DNA of 64,000 nt from Alphaproteobacteria bacterium UBA1002 (GTDB lineage Bacteria > Pseudomonadota > Alphaproteobacteria > Rickettsiales > UBA998): contig DBAU01000110.1 of assembly GCA_002291845.1 (NCBI GenBank), positions 24,030 to 88,029 of the forward strand, read 5' to 3'. A model generated the notes under the pieces. That model worked only from the letters and a program-made list of their open reading frames with translations, searched no databases and was not told the DNA's origin. The translations under genes and the position numbers were made by a program. Of this stretch, positions 1-10,337 are shown piece after piece; the first letter of the stretch is position 1; each line of letters starts with the position of its first letter.

Positions 1-603
1 GATATGGCCGTCACGTTTAACATGCTGCGTGCCAATGATCTGATCTGGTCGTTTGTGGTGAATAACTATCTACTCGGCAAAGAGCCCTTCCCCTTCGATC
101 TGTTATTCTGGAATTCGGATTCCACCCGCATGCCCGCGAAGATGCACAGCTTCTATCTGCGTAACATGTATAATGAAAACCGGCTGATGAATCCCGGCAG
201 CCTGACCATCGGAGGGGTGCCGATCGACCTGCGCAAGATCAAAACGCCCACGTATCTGCTATCCACGCGGGAGGATCACATCGCCCCGTGGCGTTCGACC
301 TTTGCCGCAACCAAGCTCTACAGCGGCCCGGTCACCTTCACTTTGGCCGCCTCGGGCCATATCGCCGGGGTGATTAACCCTCCGGCTAAACAAAAATATT
401 CCTACTGGACGAATGGCATTTCGGCCAAGGATACGCCGGAGAGCTGGTTGCAGCATGCGAAGGAAACACCGGGCTCGTGGTGGCCGCACTGGGACGCCTG
501 GCAACAGGCCTATGCAGGTAACCGCGTCCCGGCACGTATTCCCGGAAAGCCCGGTCATAGCCCCATTGAAGATGCTCCGGGGCGCTATGTGAAAGTAAGA
601 TAA
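1..603 (+). CDS. phaC: Poly(3-hydroxyalkanoate) synthase class I, C-terminal part (5' end outside window)
   Basis: The frame is open from the window edge. Motifs FWNSDSTRMPAKMHSFYLRNMY, REDHIAPW and GHIAGVINPP are typical of the PhaC C-terminal alpha/beta-hydrolase region. Confidence 0.85.
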   Translation, partial: DMAVTFNMLRANDLIWSFVVNNYLLGKEPFPFDLLFWNSDSTRMPAKMHSFYLRNMYNENRLMNPGSLTIGGVPIDLRKIKTPTYLLSTREDHIAPWRSTFAATKLYSGPVTFTLAASGHIAGVINPPAKQKYSYWTNGISAKDTPESWLQHAKETPGSWWPHWDAWQQAYAGNRVPARIPGKPGHSPIEDAPGRYVKVR

Positions 604-648
604 TTAACCATTTTTTGACTCATTCGCCGCCCTGATTTATAGTAGGGT

Positions 649-1719
649 ATGAATTATCTTGCTCGCGATCGCATGCTGTCCACGGCGATGAAGGCGCTGG
701 GGGAGTATTTTGGCGAACCTTTCCCGATCGCACGTGTGGCAGGGCGGTATAAGCTCGGTGGCGGCAACTCGGCCAGCCCCGCCTATCTGTTGCGCACCGA
801 TAGGGGATATTTTACCATTAAAGCCTATGAGGGAGAAACTGCTCAGCGTACCCCCGTGATTGCTGAGGTAGAAAATCACCTGCATGCTAGCGGCCACCCG
901 GTTCCACAGGTGGTTGCCCAAAAGTCCTTGGAGGATGGGAGCCTCCTACTTGTCCGGCGCTTTAACGAAGATGGCAAGCACCTGCCTTATTTGAACCGGG
1001 ATGCTGCTGAGCATCTGGGGGAGAGCCTGGCGCGCTGCCATATCGACCTGCAGGCACTGATCCAGCGGCGACCCGAGCTAATCGCGCCTTTGGATTACCC
1101 CCATGAATATGAATTTCGCCGCCAGCCACTTTACCGAAGCATACCACGCAGTGCCTTGATCGCCGCATATAGCGGAAGCCCTTTAAATGCCGTCCGCAAC
1201 ACTCGCAGCATCCTCTCGCACCAGGGCCAAACATCCCTTCCTATGGTACTGAACCATTGCGATCTGCATATGAAAAATATCCTCTTCACCCCAGAGGGGG
1301 CGCCCATCCTGCTCGACTGGGACAGCATGCGGTACCGTCCACGCGTGGAGGATGTCGCCCGCACCATGGCATTAGCTGCCTTTCGCGGAAGCGCCCACGC
1401 CGGGGTTCCTAACCATCAGGCGTTCACAGCCGCAGATGGCCTACTTGCCGGATATCACAGAATTCACCCTCTCTACCCCGAGGAAGTCCGCACCTTACCG
1501 GATCTGATGCGGTATCACACTCTGATAAAACTCTCAGGCAAAGAACTAGTGATGCAACCGCACTTAGGCCATTGGCTTCGCATGACGGATGATTATTTGG
1601 GCCAACGGGATTTACACGCATTGCTGGGGGTTGCGACTCCTTCCTCTGCGTGGGTGAGACACGTCTCACAACGTGCGGGGAACCATCCCGTCAGCCACAA
1701 AAATGGATATCAGCGCTAG
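649..1719 (+). CDS. Aminoglycoside/choline-kinase-type phosphotransferase family protein
   Basis: 356-aa ORF with the catalytic loop HCDLHMKNILF and metal-binding LLDWDS of the APH-like kinase fold. Confidence 0.6.
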   Translation: MNYLARDRMLSTAMKALGEYFGEPFPIARVAGRYKLGGGNSASPAYLLRTDRGYFTIKAYEGETAQRTPVIAEVENHLHASGHPVPQVVAQKSLEDGSLLLVRRFNEDGKHLPYLNRDAAEHLGESLARCHIDLQALIQRRPELIAPLDYPHEYEFRRQPLYRSIPRSALIAAYSGSPLNAVRNTRSILSHQGQTSLPMVLNHCDLHMKNILFTPEGAPILLDWDSMRYRPRVEDVARTMALAAFRGSAHAGVPNHQAFTAADGLLAGYHRIHPLYPEEVRTLPDLMRYHTLIKLSGKELVMQPHLGHWLRMTDDYLGQRDLHALLGVATPSSAWVRHVSQRAGNHPVSHKNGYQR

Positions 1720-1724
1720 GCCGT

Positions 1725-2867
1725 TTAGTGGATAGCTTTGGAGGTATCCGCGTGCTGCGCGGCCTGTTGCTCCAGGCGCTGCACGTGAGACAAACCCTGC
1801 TGTGGAGCAAGTCCGCGCACCCGATCGACAAACCGTTGGGCTTGTACCACACCGGGTACGCGTTCGAGAAGCGCGTGACGCTGCGTGTGCGGGCGCGCTG
1901 GAATTTCCAACCCCTCTGCTTTTGCTTTTTCCAGCTCCGATGCATAGGCTTGCAGCAAAGCTGTCGCCGGCGGCAGCACCCCAGACCTACGACCTTCCAC
2001 GGCAAAGGCCAACTCCTGCGCTGGCAACAGACCGCGATTGATCGCCTCAGTCGTGGCACGAATCTGAAACGCATTGTCATAGTGATTGATGACATCACGC
2101 TGATGCTCAGGCGGCAACTGCCGATAAGACAGCCCATAGCGCGCGCGGATTTCCTGATCGATGGAGGGATTCACCTGAACGATCATACGCATCATTTGAC
2201 CAATACCCATGCTATGGCCACGCCTCACCAGCCCGGCCACCCGTTCAATCTGATCATCAAGAGAGGGTGTGGTGTAACCAAACATGCGATTTCCCGCATG
2301 ACCAAACAGCTGATCGAGGCCAAAGCCGGTCACTGCCGCCGTGGTCGCAAGCAGCGTCGCCTCCATGGCACCTGCCTGCGTCAGACTGACCCCAGCATTG
2401 GCCAGCCAGCCTGAAGCAGCGCCGGGCAAGCCAAACGTATGTAAGGCAAACACCAATCCGGTGGCCACGATGGCCGACAGCACGTTGGCCACCACCGCAA
2501 TGGTACGATGACGATCATTACGCTCAAGTGCTTCATGGAGGGTTTTATTGCCAGGAATACGCCGGTCTGGCATGCCATTCGCCACTGCGCGCAGATGCTG
2601 CATCGTCACACTTCCCGGAGCAATACCGAGGGTTGCAGCAATTTCTTCACGATAATGGGCCCGGAGCTGGCGCTGCTGGTGGTCATGCGACATGGTCGCC
2701 AGCGCCGCTGTTACCGGGATCCCCAGCGCCAGACCAATCAGCGGAAGCACGGGACTACCCAACGTCACACCGGCGGCCACCGCACCGGCGACGGCAAGCG
2801 CCGTCGCGCCCCGCCCTGTGACAAAGGCGGTTAACCAGCGAACACCATAAGCAATGTCATCCAGCAT
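1725..2867 (-). CDS. Hypothetical membrane protein
   Basis: 380-aa ORF with Ala/Gly-rich hydrophobic segments and a long Q/R-rich helical tail. No family recognised. It is preferred over the overlapping antisense 254-aa ORF, which has an R/C/H/P-rich artefact-like composition. Confidence 0.5.
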   Translation of the reverse strand: MLDDIAYGVRWLTAFVTGRGATALAVAGAVAAGVTLGSPVLPLIGLALGIPVTAALATMSHDHQQRQLRAHYREEIAATLGIAPGSVTMQHLRAVANGMPDRRIPGNKTLHEALERNDRHRTIAVVANVLSAIVATGLVFALHTFGLPGAASGWLANAGVSLTQAGAMEATLLATTAAVTGFGLDQLFGHAGNRMFGYTTPSLDDQIERVAGLVRRGHSMGIGQMMRMIVQVNPSIDQEIRARYGLSYRQLPPEHQRDVINHYDNAFQIRATTEAINRGLLPAQELAFAVEGRRSGVLPPATALLQAYASELEKAKAEGLEIPARPHTQRHALLERVPGVVQAQRFVDRVRGLAPQQGLSHVQRLEQQAAQHADTSKAIH

Positions 2868-2924
2868 GGGCCTGATTCTCCACTATTTAGGATAGCCGAA
2901 CGCGGCCAAAACAGTGTGAAGCTT

Positions 2925-3464
2925 TTATGAATTTCCGTCGGTTGCCCGGTATTCCGCGGCCAAATCCACGTAATTTTGTGCCGAAACCGGGAGAAAGACC
3001 CGCTCGGCCTCGCTCATTGAACGCATCAAGCGGGCGGGATTGCCCGCCCACAGCTCCCCCGTTCCCACCCGTTTGCGGGGGGCGAGCAAGGCCCCAGCAG
3101 CGAGCATTCCGCCCGAGGCAACCACCGCATCATCCAGAATTACCGCCCCCATGCCGATAAAACAGTCATCTTCCAATGTACAAGCATGCAATACGGCATG
3201 GTGACCGATGGTGACGCCGGAGCCGATACGGGTCGGCCCGGTGCCGCGGGTAACGTGGATCACCGTATTATCCTGAATATTCGTCCGCGCACCGATACGG
3301 ATGGTATTGACGTCACCGCGGATCACACACCCAAACCAAACGTTTGAATATTCGCCGATTTCCACATCACCAATGACCACCGCACCCGGAGCAATAAACA
3401 CGCTGGGATGAATCACCGGCCAGCGGCCGCGAAATGGAAGGATCAACGGTGGTTGGGCCGTCAT
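2925..3464 (-). CDS. Gamma carbonic anhydrase-like hexapeptide-repeat protein (YrdA/PaaY family)
   Basis: Left-handed beta-helix hexapeptide repeats (VIGDVEIGEYSNVWFGCVIRGD) and conserved His residues (IHVT, GHHAVLH). Confidence 0.8.
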   Translation of the reverse strand: MTAQPPLILPFRGRWPVIHPSVFIAPGAVVIGDVEIGEYSNVWFGCVIRGDVNTIRIGARTNIQDNTVIHVTRGTGPTRIGSGVTIGHHAVLHACTLEDDCFIGMGAVILDDAVVASGGMLAAGALLAPRKRVGTGELWAGNPARLMRSMSEAERVFLPVSAQNYVDLAAEYRATDGNS

Positions 3465-3490
3465 ATGATTACCCTTCGAGTAAAGACAAC

Positions 3491-4525
3491 CTACGGATAC
3501 ACAGGAATGGCATCGAGCGCCAGTGTCTCCCGCCAGCCATACATTAGGTTCATATTCTGAACCGCCTGCCCGGAGGCCCCCTTCACCAGATTATCAATCG
3601 CGGAGACCAAAATCAGATCCTGCGGGCGGCGGCCACGATACAGGCCGATCTGGCAGCGGTTACTGCCGCGCACGGCGTGAGTGGAGGGGAATTTTTGACC
3701 GGCCATCAGTTCAATGAATGGCTCATTCTGATAGGCATTTCGCAAGCTTGTTGCAGCGTCTTGCCAGGTTTTTCCCTGAACAAGCGTTGCATAGATCGTG
3801 GCGATCATGCCCCGCTTCATGGGGATGAGGTGGGGGGTAAAATTCACCAACACCGCCTGCCCCGCCGCTGCGCTCAGCCCCTGCTCAATCTCCGGCGTAT
3901 GCCGGTGATGCCCAACGCTGTAGGCGCTCATGCCTTCATCCAGTTCTGTGAACAGCAGGTTGCGCTTCACGCTGCGCCCCGCCCCCGACACACCGGACTT
4001 GGCATCAATCACGATGCCTTCCAGCGATAGCAGACCATCCTTAATTAAAGGTAAAAGCGGCAGCAGCGAAGCCGTCGGGTAGCACCCCGGATTGGCCACC
4101 AGCCGGGCCGAAGCCACGTCTGCACGTGCGTGCTCGCTCAGGCCGTACACCGCGTCACGCTGCAAATCGAGCGCATGGTGCGGATGGCCATACCATTCCT
4201 CATACACCTTGGGATCACGCAGGCGGAAATCCGCCGAAAGGTCGATGATTTTCAGATGCGCAGGCAAACTGGCCAGCACCACCTGCGTCGTCGCATGCGG
4301 CAGGCAGCAGAACACCAGCCCCACCTCGGTGAAATCAATCTCCTCGATGCGCTGCAGCTTCATGTCCGGCAACTGGGCGAGGTGAGGAAACGTCTCGTGC
4401 AGGGTCTGCCCGGCCTGGCTTTCGGCGGAGAGCGCCGTTATGCGCACCTCCGGATGCAGATGCAACAGACGGATCAGCTCCGCGCCGGTATATCCGCTGG
4501 CCCCAAGAATCGCGACATTGAGCAT
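3491..4525 (-). CDS. argC: N-acetyl-gamma-glutamyl-phosphate reductase
   Basis: N-terminal NAD(P) fold ILGASGYTGAELIRLL and active-site ANPGCYPT. Confidence 0.9.
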   Translation of the reverse strand: MLNVAILGASGYTGAELIRLLHLHPEVRITALSAESQAGQTLHETFPHLAQLPDMKLQRIEEIDFTEVGLVFCCLPHATTQVVLASLPAHLKIIDLSADFRLRDPKVYEEWYGHPHHALDLQRDAVYGLSEHARADVASARLVANPGCYPTASLLPLLPLIKDGLLSLEGIVIDAKSGVSGAGRSVKRNLLFTELDEGMSAYSVGHHRHTPEIEQGLSAAAGQAVLVNFTPHLIPMKRGMIATIYATLVQGKTWQDAATSLRNAYQNEPFIELMAGQKFPSTHAVRGSNRCQIGLYRGRRPQDLILVSAIDNLVKGASGQAVQNMNLMYGWRETLALDAIPVYP

Positions 4526-4556
4526 GCAAACCTCCCTAGACTGGAAGCGCTACATA

Positions 4557-5537
4557 CTACCTTGCAGGGCTGTTTGCACCCTCTTTCCCGTGCGCTAGGG
4601 CAGCGGGCTGTAACTTCAGCCCCCGCATGGCAGCCGGGAAATTGGTGATGAGGTGCATTTCATTGACGCCTGCCGCCTTGGCCAGTTGCACCTTGTCGCG
4701 CAACCGCTCACGGTCCTCGCTGGGATGGCGCTCATGATCAAACCACGGATTGACCGCCAGCCCCTCCGAAGCTGCCGCCCGCATCGTTTCTCCCGTGATG
4801 CTGCCCAGCTCGGGGTGGAGCGCCGTCAACCCCTCCACCATCTGACATGTCTCATTAATGGTTTGCGGGGTAAAGCCAAGATAGGTCTCCTTCGTCTCCC
4901 GGCCTTTATAGATCGGCTGGCCCGCCTCCTCGGGAGAAGTAAACAGCATTCCTAGGCCAACGCCTGTTTTCTGGGCCGCCATCGCCACCAGATCCTCACG
5001 GGCAAACGATGACACCACCACACGCTCCGGCGGCCAACCGCTGGCGCGGATGGCGTGGGCCAGCGCCTCGACCATCGCGTCCCGGTCTGGTGGATCGAAG
5101 GTCCCCTTCACATCTTTCATCTCGATGTTCAGCGTTAGCTTTCGGTCCGGATGCTGCGCGCTATACGTATGCAGCAGGTCAAACACTTCCGACAGGGTTG
5201 GTATGGTGCCGTTACGATGGACGCCGACTGGCAACGCCCGCAGATCGTTAAGCGTCCGGCCACGCACGTAGCCTTCGCGGGACTCGCCTTGCTGCTGCAC
5301 CGTGAAGACATGCTGGGAGAGGTCATTGCTATGGGTGACCACCAGCGCCCCGTCACAGCTCATCATCACATCGATTTCAAGGCCGTCCGCGCCGTCATCC
5401 AGTGCCGCGCGGAAGGCTGGCAGGGTGTTCTCCGCCGGATGCTCTGGCCGCCGGTAATGCGGCGACACGCGACCAAGGACGGGATCATCCGTCTGGCTGC
5501 CCCGATGCCCCCAATAGCCTAATGAAAAATGCCCCAT
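4557..5537 (-). CDS. Glycerophosphodiester phosphodiesterase family protein
   Basis: GDPD motifs HRG, ENTLPAF, GADGLEIDV and DGALVVTHS. Confidence 0.75.
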   Translation of the reverse strand: MGHFSLGYWGHRGSQTDDPVLGRVSPHYRRPEHPAENTLPAFRAALDDGADGLEIDVMMSCDGALVVTHSNDLSQHVFTVQQQGESREGYVRGRTLNDLRALPVGVHRNGTIPTLSEVFDLLHTYSAQHPDRKLTLNIEMKDVKGTFDPPDRDAMVEALAHAIRASGWPPERVVVSSFAREDLVAMAAQKTGVGLGMLFTSPEEAGQPIYKGRETKETYLGFTPQTINETCQMVEGLTALHPELGSITGETMRAAASEGLAVNPWFDHERHPSEDRERLRDKVQLAKAAGVNEMHLITNFPAAMRGLKLQPAALAHGKEGANSPAR

Positions 5538-5544
5538 AAACGCA

Positions 5545-5576
5545 CTGGCCCCGGATACCAGAGTATCCGAGGCCAG
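5545..5576 (-). other. Strong hairpin between rpsI and the GDPD gene (possible attenuator or processing site)
   Basis: ctggccccggatac/gtatccgaggccag forms 13 bp with one mismatch and a 4-nt loop. The U-tract on the minus strand is weak. The hairpin ends 8 nt upstream of the GDPD start codon. Confidence 0.3.
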
Positions 5577-5600
5577 CGAAAGAATAAAGCAAAGAAGCGC

Positions 5601-6026
5601 TTAGCGTTTCGAGAACTGGAAGCTACGGCGGGCTTTGCGCTTACCGTATTTCTTACGCTCGACCACGCGCGGATCGCGGGTCAGGAAGCCGCCCTGGCGA
5701 AGCGCCTTGTGGAACTCGGGGCTGAAGCTGTCCAGCGCACGGCTAATACCGTGACGCACAGCACCGGCCTGACCGGAGAGGCCGCCGCCGGTAACGGTGG
5801 CGAGCACATCAAACGCACCTGCGCGATCCAGCGCCATGAAGGGCTGGTTGATGATCATGCGCAGCACGGGACGCGCGAAATACTTGGTCACGTCGCGGCC
5901 GTTGATGATGATGTTACCACGGCCTGGTTTAATCCAGACGCGAGCGGTGGCATCTTTGCGGCGACCGGTGCCGTAGGAACGGGCGGCGGCGGCTTTATCG
6001 TTTTTCGCGGTGCGGGCTTCAGCCAT
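5601..6026 (-). CDS. rpsI: 30S ribosomal protein S9
   Basis: [19 protein letters not shown] and the C-terminal [18 protein letters not shown]. Confidence 0.95.
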   Translation of the reverse strand: MAEARTAKNDKAAAARSYGTGRRKDATARVWIKPGRGNIIINGRDVTKYFARPVLRMIINQPFMALDRAGAFDVLATVTGGGLSGQAGAVRHGISRALDSFSPEFHKALRQGGFLTRDPRVVERKKYGKRKARRSFQFSKR

Positions 6027-6031
6027 GGTGC

Positions 6032-6493
6032 TTACCTTTTATTCTTGGGATTCTCAGCCGCGAAATTGTAGACCTGCGGCTGTTGTGCGGTGTGCGGATG
6101 CTCGGTGCCGCCATAAACGCGCAGCTTGCCGAATTGCTGGCGGGCCAGCGGGCTTTCTTTGGGGAGCATGCGCTCAACGGCTTTCTCAATGACGCGCTCG
6201 GGGAAGCGGCCGGAGAGGATTTTCTCCGCGGTGGCTTCCTTGATCCCGCCCGGATGGCCGGTGTGGCGATAATAGACCTTCTGCTGGCGCTTACGGCCGG
6301 TCATTTTCACTTTATCGGCATTGATAACCACCACGTGATCACCGCAGTCGATGTGCGGGGTGAAGATCGTCTTATGCTTGCCGCGAAGCAGCATGGCGAC
6401 GCGGGCGGCCAGACGGCCCAGCACCACGCCTTCAGCGTCGATGACATGCCACTGTTGGGTCACTTCCGACGGTTTCGCACTATAGGTTTTCAT
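6032..6493 (-). CDS. rplM: 50S ribosomal protein L13
   Basis: Start moved to [11 protein letters not shown], because the track ORF carries a 25-codon N-terminal extension. Signature [15 protein letters not shown]. Confidence 0.95.
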   Translation of the reverse strand: MKTYSAKPSEVTQQWHVIDAEGVVLGRLAARVAMLLRGKHKTIFTPHIDCGDHVVVINADKVKMTGRKRQQKVYYRHTGHPGGIKEATAEKILSGRFPERVIEKAVERMLPKESPLARQQFGKLRVYGGTEHPHTAQQPQVYNFAAENPKNKR

Positions 6494-6576
6494 TGATTTA
6501 TCCAGTATTTGCTTGCTTTGTGCCACAAAAAGGAGCCGCAAAATACGGGATTCAACCGCCCGCGTCAATCCCTTAT

Positions 6577-7041
6577 TTACATCGCCTCGCAGGGACCATA
6601 AATGCGGAAACCCAGCCGCCCCAGCAATGCTTCAACCGTTGGCCCGCCATGGCTGAGCGGCACGATCACCTGCCGGTAGCGCAGGGTCACCCCTTCAGGA
6701 AGGGCATATTCCCCCTCGCTGCTCAGCGGCTCCGGCTGCACAAACATGCGCTCAAACTCCACCGACAAATGCGAGGCTTCCGGCGCCACAACCCCGGGCA
6801 ATGCATACGGAATCAGGCCGCTTTGATAGGCGCGCTGGATGGTGCTTCCCAGGAACGTGAAGTTATAGCCTGTCTTCAGCCGCACATCGCGGGCCTGCAA
6901 CACAAAACATTCTTCCCAGATCGGCTCAAGCGCGTCGAGGTCGAGCTCGTCCTCACTAGGAAACGGGCGCTCCCCACGAAGCGATTGCCAGTAATTCAAC
7001 AGCCGCTCATTGAGGCGGCGTTCGTCATCTAATGGAGTCAT
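6577..7041 (-). CDS. Small PAS-like domain protein
   Basis: 154-aa ORF. The N-terminal [21 protein letters not shown] resembles short single-domain PAS-type proteins common in alphaproteobacteria. The family call is tentative. Confidence 0.45.
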   Translation of the reverse strand: MTPLDDERRLNERLLNYWQSLRGERPFPSEDELDLDALEPIWEECFVLQARDVRLKTGYNFTFLGSTIQRAYQSGLIPYALPGVVAPEASHLSVEFERMFVQPEPLSSEGEYALPEGVTLRYRQVIVPLSHGGPTVEALLGRLGFRIYGPCEAM

Positions 7042-7086
7042 TAACGTGTATTAGGCGCTTAACCCGCGATTGCCAAGCACGAAATC

Positions 7087-7851
<765 letters not shown>

Positions 7852-7857
7852 GGTGGC

Positions 7858-9075
7858 CTACCAGCGCCTTTCGTACTTGCGGCGCAGCCAGATAGCAAGC
7901 GCGTTCAATGCCAACAGCAGGACGATCAGCACCAGAATCGCCGAGGCGGTCTTCTCCGCAAAGCCACGCTCGGGGCTGCCTGCCCAGAGGAAAATCTGCA
8001 CCGGCATCGCGGTGGCCGGATCCGTAAACCCCCGCGGCACATCGGCAATGAAGGCGACCATGCCGATCATCAAGAGCGGCGCCGTCTCGCCAATGGCACG
8101 GGCCATGCCAAGAATCGTGCCGGTGAGAATCCCCGGCAGCGCTAGCGGCAGCACATGGTGTGCCACCACCTGCAGCGGGGAGGCACCCAGCGCCCGGGCA
8201 CCGTCCCGTATCGAGGGCGGCACCGCCTGCAGCGCCGCGCGGGTAGCGATGATAATCACCGGCAGCACCATCAGCGACAGTGTCATCCCGCCGACCAGCG
8301 GCGAAGAGCGCGGCAAGCCGAACACGCTCAAAAACACGGCGAGGCCCAGCAACCCAAAGACGATGGAGGGCACGGCGGCCAGATTGTTGATATTTACCTC
8401 GATCAGATCGCGCAGGCGGCCTTTTCGGGCAAACTCTTCAAGGTAGACCGCGGCGAATACGCCCACGGGCAAGGCAAGGCCCATGCAGATCAGCATGGTA
8501 AACAGCGTCCCCATGATGCTACCGCCCATCCCCGCTTTCTCGGGTGAGCGCGAATCGCCACGGGTAAAGAAATCCCAGTGAAACGCATCACGCACACTGC
8601 CGATGGTGCGGAGCGCATCGAACCACTCACGCTGGGCCGGGCTAGCACCGCGCGTTACTTCACCCGTCCGGTGGTAACGTTGCAAGGCATCATTTACCGG
8701 AAGCCAGAGGCGAACCTCACCATAGCCTTCCTGTGCAACAAGCTGGTTCCAAGCTGCGCGCTCATAACCGGGAGCGAGCATCAGTAATAACTGTCGACGC
8801 TCACTGCGCGCGGTAACCTCTCGAAAATGCTGCTTAAGGGCCTCACGTGCAACGGCGGCCGCATCTGAAAGATTGACAGGCACGCCAGAAACATAGGCCG
8901 TTAGGCTAATCTGCGTTTGTCGGAAGCCTTGCACACCAGGAACAAGAATGCTTGTCATCAGCACGGCCAGCATAACAAACGCAAGCCCCAACGCCGTGCG
9001 GCCATACCACTGGAAGCGGCACTCCCGGCGGTGACGCGCAGCCAGACGGCCGCGGATACGCTCCTGCTTATTCAT
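7858..9075 (-). CDS. pstA: Phosphate ABC transporter permease PstA (long form)
   Basis: Multi-TM permease with EAA loop IRDGARALGASPLQVVAHHVLPLALPGI. Overlaps pstC by 8 nt. Confidence 0.9.
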   Translation of the reverse strand: MNKQERIRGRLAARHRRECRFQWYGRTALGLAFVMLAVLMTSILVPGVQGFRQTQISLTAYVSGVPVNLSDAAAVAREALKQHFREVTARSERRQLLLMLAPGYERAAWNQLVAQEGYGEVRLWLPVNDALQRYHRTGEVTRGASPAQREWFDALRTIGSVRDAFHWDFFTRGDSRSPEKAGMGGSIMGTLFTMLICMGLALPVGVFAAVYLEEFARKGRLRDLIEVNINNLAAVPSIVFGLLGLAVFLSVFGLPRSSPLVGGMTLSLMVLPVIIIATRAALQAVPPSIRDGARALGASPLQVVAHHVLPLALPGILTGTILGMARAIGETAPLLMIGMVAFIADVPRGFTDPATAMPVQIFLWAGSPERGFAEKTASAILVLIVLLLALNALAIWLRRKYERRW

Positions 9076-10255
9076 AGGCCTCCCGGTATTTCTTCACAAT
9101 CATCAGCGCTGCAATGTTTAGCAGTAGCGTGATAAAAAACAGGGCCAGACCCAAAGCAAACGCGGCCAGCGTTTTGGCGCTGTCAAACTCTTGATCGCCA
9201 GAAAGCAGGGATACAATCTGCGCGGTGACGGTGGTCACCGATTGTAGCGGATTCGCCGTTAGATTAGCCGATAGCCCGGCTGCCATCACCACAATCATCG
9301 TTTCACCAATGGCACGGGAGATGGCCAACATAATGGCGCCCATAATGCCCGGCAGCGCGGCAGGAATCACCACATGGATAATGGTCTCTGATCGGGTAGC
9401 TCCCAACCCGTAAGACGCATCGCGCAACGCCTGAGGCACCGCCGCAATAATGTCATCCGACAGTGAGGATACCAGCGGGATAATCATTACCCCCATCACA
9501 AGCCCTGCCGTCAGCGCACTTTCGGAGGAGATATCAATGCCGAGCATTTCCCCCCCCTGACGCAAGAGCGGAGCCATGAGCGTGATTGCGAAGTAACCGT
9601 AGACCACAGTAGGAATTCCTGCCAGTAACTCCAGAGTCGGCTTGGCCCAGGCGCGGAAGCGCGGCGTGGCATATTCCACCATGTAAATCGCCGCCAGCAG
9701 ACCAAGCGGAACCGCAACGATCATGGCAATGGCCGTAATCAGTAATGTACCCGTAAAAACAGGCACGGCGCCAAAAACGCCCTCGCCTTGCGGGCTCCAC
9801 TGCAAACCAAAAGCAAATTCTTTCAGGGGTATCTGTTGAAAAAAGCGGATCGCCTCAAACAGCACAGACACAGCAATCGCCAGGGTGATCGCCACCGAAA
9901 GCGCAGCGCATAAAAAAAGCGTGGCCACACCAAAACGCTCAATGCGGTGACGCACGGAGAAACCCGGATCCATCCGGCGTGACGTTACAATCATGGCAAC
10001 GAGTGCAAAGCCGACGGCCAGACCAACTTGTAGCGCTGCAGGCACGGGGCTTAATCCTGCAAACACAACCGTGCAAAAATACACCTCCAGCAAAAAGAAC
10101 ATGACCATCACCGCGTACCAGCCGTAATGATGCGGGCGGCCTCGCCATGCCTGAGGCGGGAGTGCGGCAGTAGCCAATGCCACGCGCGCGCGGCGACTCG
10201 ACTGGAAAAACACCCAGACGGCAAGAAATAACGCGGCAATCGAAATGATGGTCAT
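9068..10255 (-). CDS. pstC: Phosphate ABC transporter permease PstC
   Basis: Multi-TM permease with EAA loop LRDASYGLGATRSETIIHVVIPAALPGI. Confidence 0.9.
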   Translation of the reverse strand: MTIISIAALFLAVWVFFQSSRRARVALATAALPPQAWRGRPHHYGWYAVMVMFFLLEVYFCTVVFAGLSPVPAALQVGLAVGFALVAMIVTSRRMDPGFSVRHRIERFGVATLFLCAALSVAITLAIAVSVLFEAIRFFQQIPLKEFAFGLQWSPQGEGVFGAVPVFTGTLLITAIAMIVAVPLGLLAAIYMVEYATPRFRAWAKPTLELLAGIPTVVYGYFAITLMAPLLRQGGEMLGIDISSESALTAGLVMGVMIIPLVSSLSDDIIAAVPQALRDASYGLGATRSETIIHVVIPAALPGIMGAIMLAISRAIGETMIVVMAAGLSANLTANPLQSVTTVTAQIVSLLSGDQEFDSAKTLAAFALGLALFFITLLLNIAALMIVKKYREAYE

Positions 10256-10337
10256 TGCTGCAAGGGCGAAAAAATAAAGTCCGTATCCCTACCCTGACCG
10301 TTGCGGAAAGTCAAAACCACCGCACGCATAGCAGGCA

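Noticed and set aside
1650-2414. 254-aa plus-strand ORF overlapping the 380-aa minus-strand ORF.
   Set aside because: Its R/C/H/P/Q-rich composition looks like an antisense artefact. The minus-strand ORF is longer and has coherent hydrophobic segments.
5529-6071. 180-aa plus-strand ORF.
   Set aside because: It is antisense to the unambiguous rpsI gene.
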